Shown: positions 18,648 through 29,000 of the stretch, in pieces
Numbering within the stretch: position 1 is the stretch's first letter
How the letters are laid out: every line of letters begins with the position of its first letter
Assembly: GCA_036702865.1 (NCBI GenBank)
Contig: DATNQD010000045.1
Location: forward strand, 1 to 32,000
Source: Trichocoleus sp.
GTDB taxonomy: Bacteria > Cyanobacteriota > Cyanobacteriia > Elainellales > Elainellaceae
Direction: 5' to 3'
Length of the DNA: 32,000 bases
Translations under genes and position numbers: made by a program
The notes under the pieces: model-generated
Database searches by the model: none
What the model was told of the DNA's origin: nothing
Seen by the model: only the letters and a program-made list of their open reading frames with translations

Positions 18648-18947
18648 ATGCCTCAAATGTCTTATCGAGCGATCGATCAGTTTCAAGCTTGTTTGTCTCT
18701 TGCCGCCGATCTGTCCCGTCATGCTGAAGCAAAACAAGCCTTCTCAAAATTGCACAACGAGCTAGCGACCGATCACCCTTTTGCCGCACAAATGCTCGAA
18801 CTCGCCTGGAACGAAGTGCTTGCCGCAAAGCGATCGGCAGGTTTCTGGGAGCGGATTTCTAACGCAGAGCGCCAGATGACAGAGCAAATGGCAGCCAGCC
18901 ATGTCCAGCTTCAGCAAAACTATCTGCGCTTGATCCAGGAACAGTAA
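18648..18947 (+). CDS. hypothetical small helical protein
   Basis: The ORF track gives 18501..18947. The ATG at 18648 (MPQMSYRAIDQF) gives 99 aa. No family was recognised. Confidence 0.4.
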   Translation: MPQMSYRAIDQFQACLSLAADLSRHAEAKQAFSKLHNELATDHPFAAQMLELAWNEVLAAKRSAGFWERISNAERQMTEQMAASHVQLQQNYLRLIQEQ

Positions 18948-18982
18948 ACTGCTCCATCACTGATTGTTTTCCTGGCAACGAG

Positions 18983-19020
18983 AAAGCAAAACAAAAACAA
19001 AAAGCAGCCCGAAGGCTGCT
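18983..19020 (-). terminator. intrinsic-terminator-like hairpin oriented for the minus strand
   Basis: AGCAGCC (19003-19009), loop CGAA, then GGCTGCT (19014-19020). On the minus strand the stem is followed by TTTTGTTTTTGTTTTGCTTT (19002-18983). There is no T-run on the plus-strand side. Confidence 0.45.
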
Positions 19021-19159
19021 CTAACAATCTTTCACCTGATTTGGGTCTAGGTTATCAAGACAGCCATCGTCTTGTCGGTCGCCCAGCACACATTTCCAGC
19101 TTTTTTGCCAAAGTTGGGATCGCATATGATTTTGTAGTACTGCCAGCAACGGGCAAACT

Positions 19160-20230
19160 ATGAGCCAATCCCCCCTCGATCGCACCACCATTCCGCCCGC
19201 CGGACATGGACTGCTCAGCATCGTCGTTGGTGCAACTTATCCGCTTCGGGCACTCTGGCTCTTTCTGAAAACACCCCGGCTGCGACGCTACATCCTCATC
19301 CCGATTCTGATCAACATCGTGATTGGAGTGACGCTTTATGCCACTCTCCTGTTTGCCGGATTGAGCGCGATCGACCAGTTCATTAGCAATGTCCCGATTT
19401 GGATTGCTCAACTTTCGCAGATTTCTGAGAGCTTGCCGCAAGTTGGACTGCCCAATCAGATTGCCAACTTACCCCACTGGAACGTTCACTTCCCCCATGT
19501 TTCTCTCCCCAATCTAACGACCTATCTGCCCCACTGGAACATTCCCCTCCCTCATTGGCAAATCCAGTTTCCGCAGATCCAGTTTCCCGCTGTTCGGGTG
19601 CCAAATGGGTTGATGCAGTGGCTCTCTACCCTTTCCAGCGAGGCAATTGCTTTTTCAATCTGGCTCCTGCGTCTGGCATTAAGTCTGGTTTTGCTACTGG
19701 CAACAGGATTTGTGCTGCTGCAATTTGGTGTTTTGCTGGGCGCACCCTGGTATGGCAAGCTGTCTGAGGAACTGGAAAAGCTTCGAACTGGGCAATTACG
19801 AACAATCGAGGTTAGTCCCTTTCAAGAAGTGAGTCGAGCGATCGGGTATGAAGCGAAAAAGCTGGTGATCACGATCGGGCTTGGTTTACCTCTCCTGTTG
19901 CTGAATTTTTTTCCAGGCGTTGGGACTCTGGTTGCCTCCGTTGGAGGAGTGCTTTTGGCAGCGACGATTGTCTGTCTCGACTTTCTTGATTCAGCCGTTG
20001 AGCGTCGTCGTCCTCGCTTTCGCGCCAAGCTAGGAATGATTGGGCGTAGTCTGCCTGCGAGTGGTAGCTTTGGGCTGGTTTGTCTGGGTTTAGTCAGCAT
20101 CCCCTTTGTCAATTTGCTGGCAATTCCGATCTGTGTTGCCGCTGGAACGCTGTTTTTCTGCGATCGGATTCTGCCCCAGATTGACTCTAAACTAATTCAG
20201 CGAGATGCCCTCAAGCTGAGATCGGAATAA
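19160..20230 (+). CDS. EI24/CysZ-like (DUF540-type) multi-pass membrane protein with a repeat-rich insertion
   Basis: 356 aa. The N-terminal motif is ATYPLRALWLFLKTPRLRRYILIPILIN, with several hydrophobic helices. An internal insertion is rich in Pro/His/Trp repeats. Confidence 0.65.
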   Translation: MSQSPLDRTTIPPAGHGLLSIVVGATYPLRALWLFLKTPRLRRYILIPILINIVIGVTLYATLLFAGLSAIDQFISNVPIWIAQLSQISESLPQVGLPNQIANLPHWNVHFPHVSLPNLTTYLPHWNIPLPHWQIQFPQIQFPAVRVPNGLMQWLSTLSSEAIAFSIWLLRLALSLVLLLATGFVLLQFGVLLGAPWYGKLSEELEKLRTGQLRTIEVSPFQEVSRAIGYEAKKLVITIGLGLPLLLLNFFPGVGTLVASVGGVLLAATIVCLDFLDSAVERRRPRFRAKLGMIGRSLPASGSFGLVCLGLVSIPFVNLLAIPICVAAGTLFFCDRILPQIDSKLIQRDALKLRSE

Positions 20231-20317
20231 TTGGAGCTTAAAAAGGCAAAAGGACAAACAAAATGTCTGCCCTAACAAAAACTAGATTTTGCATAAGTAA
20301 CGATAATCCCCAAAAGC

Positions 20318-20560
20318 TTACTTCTCAACAGGGCGAGGAAAGACTTTGAATGAGGCAGGCTTAAGAAAGAGCCAGCTTACGAAAAAGAAAGAAGCAGTCG
20401 AAAGCTGTACAAGATCTAGGGCCGAGAGATAGCCATCTGCAAAAGTAGCAACACCGCGATCGAGGATGCCGAAAACCCAGGAGGACAAGCCTAGTAGCCA
20501 AATACCACTTCTAAGGCTGGTTAGAAATGGAATTAAATCTAATGGGTGCTCAGTATTCAT
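20318..20560 (-). CDS. hypothetical small membrane protein (2 predicted TM helices)
   Basis: 80 aa. A GAGGAG SD lies upstream of the ATG at 20560. The hydrophobic segments are GIWLLGLSSWVFGIL and ASFFFVSWLFL. Confidence 0.5.
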   Translation of the reverse strand: MNTEHPLDLIPFLTSLRSGIWLLGLSSWVFGILDRGVATFADGYLSALDLVQLSTASFFFVSWLFLKPASFKVFPRPVEK

Positions 20561-20897
20561 GGGTTTACTCCTCTCAGGATAAAAGCGTGAATGAAGTATG
20601 GCTGAGTAGATAAGTTCAAACTGACTGATGCCGTTTCATACATTTTAAGAAATGTGAAACATTCTTGACTATCTGTCCAATTATGTAAGTTTTTCTCGTT
20701 GCTGCCTGTATTCAGGACTACAGCTTGGGGCAGGGAACCTCAGTAGCGAGCACCCAAAAAGAAGTCCATACGAAGTTCATGCACTGCTCCACCGATCGCC
20801 CATCTTCAGCAGAATTTTTTTTAGAAATACTTGCTCAACATTCCACGAATTGCCCCTTCGCCTGAAAGAATAGAGGGAAGGTGAGTGCTGGGAGTAT

Positions 20898-22496
20898 ATG
20901 GTTTACGCGATCGATTTTGGGACAAGCAATACTGTCGTTGTGCGCTGGAATCCGGTGACACAGCAGGCTGAAACGGTGACCTTATCCGAAATTGCCCAAC
21001 GTCTGGCCGAGAATCCGCCGCTCGTTCCCAGTTTGTTGTTTGTAGAAGATGCGAGTCAGGGAAACGTTGTCATTGGACAACAGGTACGCGATCGAGGCTT
21101 AAATCTGGGCAGCAGTTCTCGGTTTTTCCGCAACTTCAAACGCGGCATTGGCACAGAACTTCAGGGATTTTTGCCAGAGTTGGACGATCGTATTGTCACG
21201 TTTGAACAGGTGGGGCAATGGTTTCTCTCTAACGTCATTCAACAACTTCAGGCGAGCGATCCCAATCTTGAATCGCTGGTTTTCACCGTTCCGGTGGATA
21301 GTTTTGAGGCATATCGGCTGTGGCTGACCCAGGTGTGCCAGTCGCTTCAGGTGGAGCAAGTCCGAATGCTCGATGAGCCAACCGCAGCAGCTTTAGGCTA
21401 TGGCTTGCAGAATCAGGGAACGATTTTAGTTGTTGACTTTGGGGGTGGAACGCTGGATATGTCGCTGGTACGGCTAGAAGGCGATAAACGGAACCCCGAA
21501 AAGAAACCATTGGGCTTTTTGCTCAAGTTTGGGCAGAAGGTTTTAGAGGAGTCGGCACAGCGTCCAAAACTGGCACGAGTTTTAGCAAAAGCAGGGCAAA
21601 ATCTGGGTGGTTCTGATATCGATAACTGGATTGTTGATTACTTCACCCAAACTCAGGAACTCGCCTGCACACCCCTGACGCTTCGACTTGCCGAACGCCT
21701 GAAAATTCAGCTTTCCCAACAGACTGAAGCCACTGAAGTTTATTTTAACGACGAAACGTTTGAGAGCTACGAGCTTCAGATGAGCCGCGATCGGTTCAAC
21801 CAACTCCTGACCGAGCACCAGTTTTTCGAGCGCCTGGATGCCTCAATGACCCAGGTCCTTCAGCAGGCACAGCGACAGGGGTTAATCACAAACGAGATCG
21901 ATGCTGTTTTACTGGTCGGTGGAACGGCTCAGATTCCTGCCGTCAAAACCTGGATCGAGCAATATTTTCCTGTGGAAAAGATCCGATCGGACAAACCATT
22001 TGAGGCGATTGCTCAAGGCGCGCTCCAGATTCAGCAGGGCATCGAAGTCAGGGATTACCTCTATCACAGCTACGGCATCCGCTATTGGGATCGGCGAAAT
22101 AACTGTCATGGCTGGCATCCCTTGATCAAGCAAGGACAACCGTACCCAATGGATCGTCCCGTTGAGCTGTTTTTGGGTGCTTCGATCGAAAGCCAGCCCA
22201 GCATTGAGCTGATCATCGGCGAACTCGGACAGGAAACGGGCGCAACTGAAGTCTTTTTTGACGGCGATCGCCTGGTGACTCGGACGGTGAGTGGCGGCAC
22301 ACCCATTGTCAAACCGTTGAACGATCAGGGAGCTGCCCGCACGATCGCTCAACTCAAACCACCCGGATACCCTGGCAGCGATCGAATTAAAGTCTTGTTT
22401 CGGGTTGATGAATCTCGTTTTCTGCGAATCACGGTCGAGGATATTTTGACGGCTGAAACGTTGTTAGACGATCGAGCGGTTGTGCAATTGAGCTGA
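20898..22496 (+). CDS. Hsp70-family (DnaK-like) ATPase, short atypical form
   Basis: 532 aa. Actin-fold and Hsp70 motifs are AIDFGTSNTVV, DEPTAAALGYG, VVDFGGGTLDMSLV and LLVGGTAQIPAV. The C-terminal part is short with no recognisable helical lid. Confidence 0.85.
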   Translation: MVYAIDFGTSNTVVVRWNPVTQQAETVTLSEIAQRLAENPPLVPSLLFVEDASQGNVVIGQQVRDRGLNLGSSSRFFRNFKRGIGTELQGFLPELDDRIVTFEQVGQWFLSNVIQQLQASDPNLESLVFTVPVDSFEAYRLWLTQVCQSLQVEQVRMLDEPTAAALGYGLQNQGTILVVDFGGGTLDMSLVRLEGDKRNPEKKPLGFLLKFGQKVLEESAQRPKLARVLAKAGQNLGGSDIDNWIVDYFTQTQELACTPLTLRLAERLKIQLSQQTEATEVYFNDETFESYELQMSRDRFNQLLTEHQFFERLDASMTQVLQQAQRQGLITNEIDAVLLVGGTAQIPAVKTWIEQYFPVEKIRSDKPFEAIAQGALQIQQGIEVRDYLYHSYGIRYWDRRNNCHGWHPLIKQGQPYPMDRPVELFLGASIESQPSIELIIGELGQETGATEVFFDGDRLVTRTVSGGTPIVKPLNDQGAARTIAQLKPPGYPGSDRIKVLFRVDESRFLRITVEDILTAETLLDDRAVVQLS

Positions 22497-22512
22497 GGAT
22501 TGAGTTGATGAT

Positions 22513-23070
22513 TTAACGATGCACCACGACTGGAGTGCCGATCGTTGCCCAGTTAAACAACCAGCGAGCATGATCCACTGCAACATTGACGCAGCCATGA
22601 CTGACAGGCGTGCCAAAACTGCGATGCCAATATGCGCCGTGAATGGCATAACCACCGTCGTAGTACATGGTGTAAGGCACATCAGGCACATCATAATCAT
22701 CTCCCTGCATTCGCGTGGTGCGGTGCTTTGACTGGATCTCGAATGCGCCTGGAAGCGTGGGGTGTGCGCTCGTTCCAGTAGAGATGACAACTGCATAAAC
22801 GGGAGTCCGTCCTTCCCAGGCAATCAAGCGTTGGCGGGAGAGATTAACTTCAATCCAGCGAGTTCCGGTTCGCTTAAGCGCAGACATCGCTTGAGTCGTC
22901 GAACTATATGCCTGAACGGAAGCCGGAATCAGAGGAACCGTGACGATCGCCAGACTCAACGCCAAACCCACAATTGTACTGGCAGAAATCGTACTGACAG
23001 AAATCGATCGACGCAACAAAAACCGAGGCAGGGATACCATAAGCGCAAAGCCTCCTGGGGCAATGCCCAA
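22513..23070 (-). CDS. L,D-transpeptidase (YkuD domain)
   Basis: The catalytic motif is SHGCVNV, with YAIHGAYW upstream. The N-terminus is a hydrophobic signal or anchor. An alternative start is the ATG at 23040. Confidence 0.8.
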   Translation of the reverse strand: MGIAPGGFALMVSLPRFLLRRSISVSTISASTIVGLALSLAIVTVPLIPASVQAYSSTTQAMSALKRTGTRWIEVNLSRQRLIAWEGRTPVYAVVISTGTSAHPTLPGAFEIQSKHRTTRMQGDDYDVPDVPYTMYYDGGYAIHGAYWHRSFGTPVSHGCVNVAVDHARWLFNWATIGTPVVVHR

Positions 23071-23246
23071 CTCTCTTTTTAGAATAATTTCGATAAGGTA
23101 AAAAAAGTAGCTCGAGAACTCCGAGATACAAAAAGAATCGTGAAGTGACTGGAGTTCAATCTTTTTGAAGATAGATGCCTTTTTTGGCTACAAAAGCATG
23201 ACTGTCAATTCCAGAAATCTGAATAAATCGCGTTAGAGTCAAAGGA

Positions 23247-24434
23247 ATGTCGATCGATCAGAGCTTTATGAACCAGGAATCTTTGCGAATGCAGGTCGTT
23301 CAGTCTCCCATCATTCCGATCGTTGGGGAACTGATTCGCAATCATCCGGGCACTATTTCACTCGGTCAGGGTGTGGTGTATTATGGGCCACCAGCGCAGG
23401 CGATCGAACAGATCAGCGAATTTTTGGCTCATCCTAATAATCATAAGTATCAATCGATCGAGGGGATTCCATCGCTTCAGGAAGCCATCAAAACCAAACT
23501 AAAAACTGATAATCATATTGCAATTACTGAGGCAAATCGGATTGTTGTCACCGCAGGCAGCAATATGGGATTTATGAATGCGCTGCTAGCGATCGCTGAT
23601 CCAGGTGATGAAGTGATTTTGCAAACGCCTTATTACTTCAACCATGAAATGGCGATTATGATGGCAAACTGTCATCCAGTGATGGTTCCTACTGATGAAA
23701 ACTATCAGCTTTCGGTCGAGCGGATCAAACAAGCCATTACGCCGAAGACTAAAGCGATCGTTACCATCTCACCGAACAACCCAACAGGAGCCGTTTATCC
23801 AGAAGCTGCTTTACGTGAAGTGAACGCAATCTGTCGAGAAAGAGGCATTTATCACATCACAGATGAAGCCTACGAGTATTTTACTTATGATGGCGTTTCT
23901 CATTTCTCTCCGGGTTCAATTCCTGATAGTGAGCCATATACAATCTCATTGTTTAGCTTGTCTAAAGCCTATGGTTTTGCAAGTTGGCGCATTGGCTATA
24001 TGGTGATTCCAGAACATCTCTATACAGCGGTCAAAAAGATTCAGGATACGATCGTCATTTGCGCTTCTGTGGTTTCTCAGTATGCAGCAGTTGGAGCATT
24101 ACAGGTCGGCGCAGATTATTGTCGAGAAAAGTTAGCAACAATTGCTCAAGTGCGTCAAATTTGCCTTAAGGAACTTTCTACAATTCAAGATATTTGTACG
24201 ATTCCGCCAGCAACAGGAGCATTCTATTTTTTGCTGAAGTTACATACACCACTGATTCCTATGACTGTAATTGAGCAATTAGTGAAAGAGTATCAGGTGG
24301 CTGCGCTTCCCGGCTCTGCTTTTGGTTTAACCGATGGCTGTTATTTACGAATTGGTTATGGTGCACTGCAACCTAAAACTGCCGCTGAGGGAATGCGACG
24401 ATTAGTCCAGGGAATTCGGGCGATCGTGGGGTAG
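23247..24434 (+). CDS. pyridoxal-phosphate-dependent aminotransferase, class I/II
   Basis: 395 aa. The PLP-lysine motif is SLSKAYGFASWRIGY. PNNPTG and YHITDEAYEYF are also present. Substrate cannot be assigned from the sequence. Confidence 0.85.
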   Translation: MSIDQSFMNQESLRMQVVQSPIIPIVGELIRNHPGTISLGQGVVYYGPPAQAIEQISEFLAHPNNHKYQSIEGIPSLQEAIKTKLKTDNHIAITEANRIVVTAGSNMGFMNALLAIADPGDEVILQTPYYFNHEMAIMMANCHPVMVPTDENYQLSVERIKQAITPKTKAIVTISPNNPTGAVYPEAALREVNAICRERGIYHITDEAYEYFTYDGVSHFSPGSIPDSEPYTISLFSLSKAYGFASWRIGYMVIPEHLYTAVKKIQDTIVICASVVSQYAAVGALQVGADYCREKLATIAQVRQICLKELSTIQDICTIPPATGAFYFLLKLHTPLIPMTVIEQLVKEYQVAALPGSAFGLTDGCYLRIGYGALQPKTAAEGMRRLVQGIRAIVG

Positions 24435-24534
24435 AGATCAATTGAATTCTGATCGATTACATTCTGATAGTCTGTTTTCGGTTGGGCTGAATCGAAGGAC
24501 GTCTTGAAATTATCTTGTTCTCGCAAAAATTTAA

Positions 24535-26010
<1,476 letters not shown>

Positions 26011-26028
26011 AGAAATCCTTCTGTTTTC

Positions 26029-29000
26029 TCAAGGATTACAGATCTGTCGATCGCTTTCTTTTAGCCTGGGATTCGTTTTGAGGTAGTCGTGCAGCTGCTC
26101 GCACCCTTGCTGCAATAAGTTAGGCAGATTGAGATCCCAAACAATCACATTTCCTGCTTCATCACCACTAATGAGTTTGCGATCGTCAGCGCTAAATTCA
26201 ACGCTATTGATCCGGCTACGATGCCCTAAGAGTGTTTTAAGCAGCGTTCCATCTGCCATTGACCAAAGCTTAATTGTGCCATCGGCGCTACTCGAAGCCA
26301 GCGTTCTACCATTCGCACTAAAGTCTAAGCTAACGACACCCCCCTGATGACCGACAAACGATCGGAATGGCGTTGCACCAATATGCTGATCTTTGACCCG
26401 CCACAGTTGAATAGTGTTATCCCAACGGGCAACCGCTAGAACTGTCCCTTCAGGATTGAAGCGAATAGAAGCAACAGCAGAGGGCTGATCGATCGTTTGT
26501 AAAAGTGTGCCATCAAGACGCCAGAGTTTGAGGGTATTGTCATAACTGCCGGATGCCAAAGTTTGCCCATCGGGACTGAAAGTAATCGAGGTGATACCAT
26601 CTGTATGCCCGGTTAAGGTGGTTTGCAACCAACCGTCTAGTTGCCAGAGCTTAATGGTTTTGTCGTTGCTGCCAGTTGCGATCGTCTGACCCTTTGGGTT
26701 GAAGGCAATCCTAGTAACTCCATCTCGATGTCCGGTGAATGTGGTCAGCAACGCTCCATCTGAAACGCGCCAAAGTTTTGCCTGATTGTCCCATCCGGCA
26801 GAAGCTAAGAGGCGATCGTCTGGGCTGAATTGAATCTCTGAAACGGTTGATTTGTGTGCTTGCAGCCGCCGGACTAAGCGACTTGGGGTATTCTGCACCG
26901 TATGCCAGATCTCGATCGTACCGTTCCAACCTGCCGTGGCAAATGTGCGATCCCCCTCTGGGATTGTTGGCAGCGAAGGACTCCATTGGGCACTGTAAAT
27001 GCTGCCTCCCTGCTGTAAAGGCTGGTTGTTTCCGGTCTTCCAAAGTCGGATCGTTTTGTCTGCACTGGCAGAGGCAAGCTGGCTTCCATCTGGGCTGAAT
27101 TGAATGCTCGAAATCTCGCCGCCATGCCCTTCAAAGGTTTGTTGCAGCAGACCCGCACGATTCCAGAAATCAATCCGACCATTGGCACTCGCTGCTGCGA
27201 TCGTTTGTCCATCCGGGCTAAACCTGACACCATTCACTAAGGCTGATTGTGTTTGTCCAGACGGCAAGACTTGAGAAGTACCGTTTGCCAAATTCCAAAC
27301 CCGAACTGCATGACCACTCGCAGAAACGAGTCGTTGATTATCGGGACTGAACGCAACACTCGTGACTCGATCGCCTGATCCGTTCAAAATACGAATCAAG
27401 ACGCCATCTTGCCGCCAGATCCGAATCGTTTTATCTTCACTGGCAGAAGCAATCTGTCCGTTTGAGCCAAAGCTGACCTGATTCACCCATCCTTGATGCC
27501 CTGCCAAAGTCTTGATCAGCGTTCCATCTAATCTCCACAGTTTGAGGGTACGATCGCGGCTTGCAGAAACGATCGTTCTACCATCTGGGCTAAAGGCAAC
27601 ACTCGTGACCCAATCTTGATGTCCGACTAGACTCTGTTGCAGCTTCACATCACCTGTTGCAGGGTCAAAACCCCAGAGTTTGATGGTTTTGTCTGCACTG
27701 GCAGAAGCAATGGTATTGCCATCCGGACTGAAGGCAACGGAGGTCACGCGATCGTCATGTGCGGTCAGCGTGTTGAGGAGGCTGCCATCTCGTCGCCAAA
27801 GCGCGATCGTCTTATCATCACTGGCTGACGCGAGAAATTGACCACTAGGGCTAAAACTGACTGCGTTCACCTGTTGTGTATGATGTTCGAGCCGATTTCG
27901 CTCTTGGGTATTGTAAAGCGCCTGCTGCATCGTGCTGGTGACGATCGTTTGGGTATCTGTCCAGGTTGGAGCGCCAATTAACCATTTCCCCAGTCCGCCA
28001 ATCTGTTGAAACTGCTGTGCCGCCTTTACGCCACTGAGGAGAGATTCAAGCTGTTGATTCGACCATAAAAGTGCTTCTGAAGAAGCATCTAATGCTGCAA
28101 TGTTTTCAATTTGTGCTGTCAGTTTTTGCTTATAAGCGAGTCCTCCTAGCCCCAAAGCAACCAACCCTAAAGCGCCAATCAGAGCAGCCGCAATTTGTGC
28201 CCGTCTGAGGCGTTGTTGCGCCTGACGCTGTTCTTGCTGCCGAGCCTCTAAGCAAGCTTCGATAAACCGCTGAACTGGCTCAGACAATTCGTCTGTGTAT
28301 TTCACGTAGAGTTCTTCTGCTTCGGCAAGGCGCACTCCCCGTAGGAGAAAATCAGGCTGTTGTCCTCGCTGCATCCAGAGCTGTGCTGATTGTTCGAGCT
28401 GCCGCTGTAAGTGGAGTCGGGCCCGGTTTTCGTCTAGCCACCAGCGCAAGGTTGACCAGTGACGAATCAGGATCTCGTGAGCCACCTCGATCGTGATATC
28501 CGCAGCAGAGAGGGAAGACGGAGAGGAAGGAAGGGCAGAAGCGGATTGAATTTCTGTGCCTTGTTGTCTGTTGCCTTGCTTCTCCTCGTTTTGAGACTGT
28601 TGATTTTCTCCTCGACTTTGTCCTGAAATCCCCTGTCCTGAAATACTTTCTTCTTCCAGGTTAACAACAAGCAGTTTCGCTGCCGTCAGAACTTGTAACG
28701 TGCGCTCAACCAAAGGAGCCGGATATTTCGCAACCACTAAGCTGGACTTGAGGACACGCCGACGGGTATCTTCTGTACCTTCTCCTAGCTGAGTGAGGGT
28801 AAGAAAAATCCATTGGGCACAGGCTTGAGCCTCTGGATCCAAGCTGTCATAGGCTGCCTGCGCTTGCCGTTCTAAGGCTCCCTTGAGTCCCCCAATTTGC
28901 TGGTAACTCTGCAACGTGAGCTTGCTGCCCTGACGCTGTTGCCAAAGCTGCTCTAGAACGAATTGCAGCAGCGGTAAATCCCCAGCCGAGTGGTTCAGTT

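Noticed and set aside
19021-19441. Minus-strand ORFs of 66 aa and 128 aa overlapping the 5' end of the EI24-like gene
   Set aside because: They are antisense to a well-supported membrane-protein gene, Arg/Cys/Ser-rich and without motifs. They matter only as a possible non-coding antisense transcript ending at the 19003-19020 hairpin.
26014-26037. AATCCTT/AAGGATT inverted repeat between the convergent beta-glucosidase and giant genes, as a bidirectional terminator
   Set aside because: The stem is only 7 bp and AT-rich with a 10-nt loop. One arm lies inside the coding end of the giant gene, and no U-tracts are present. This is too weak to call.
26092-27894. Periodic nucleotide-level similarity of roughly 120-130 nt units that might suggest a tandem repeat array or CRISPR-like structure
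   Set aside because: The periodicity is the coding repeat of 14 WD40 blades in one open frame. There is no identical-repeat/unique-spacer organisation.
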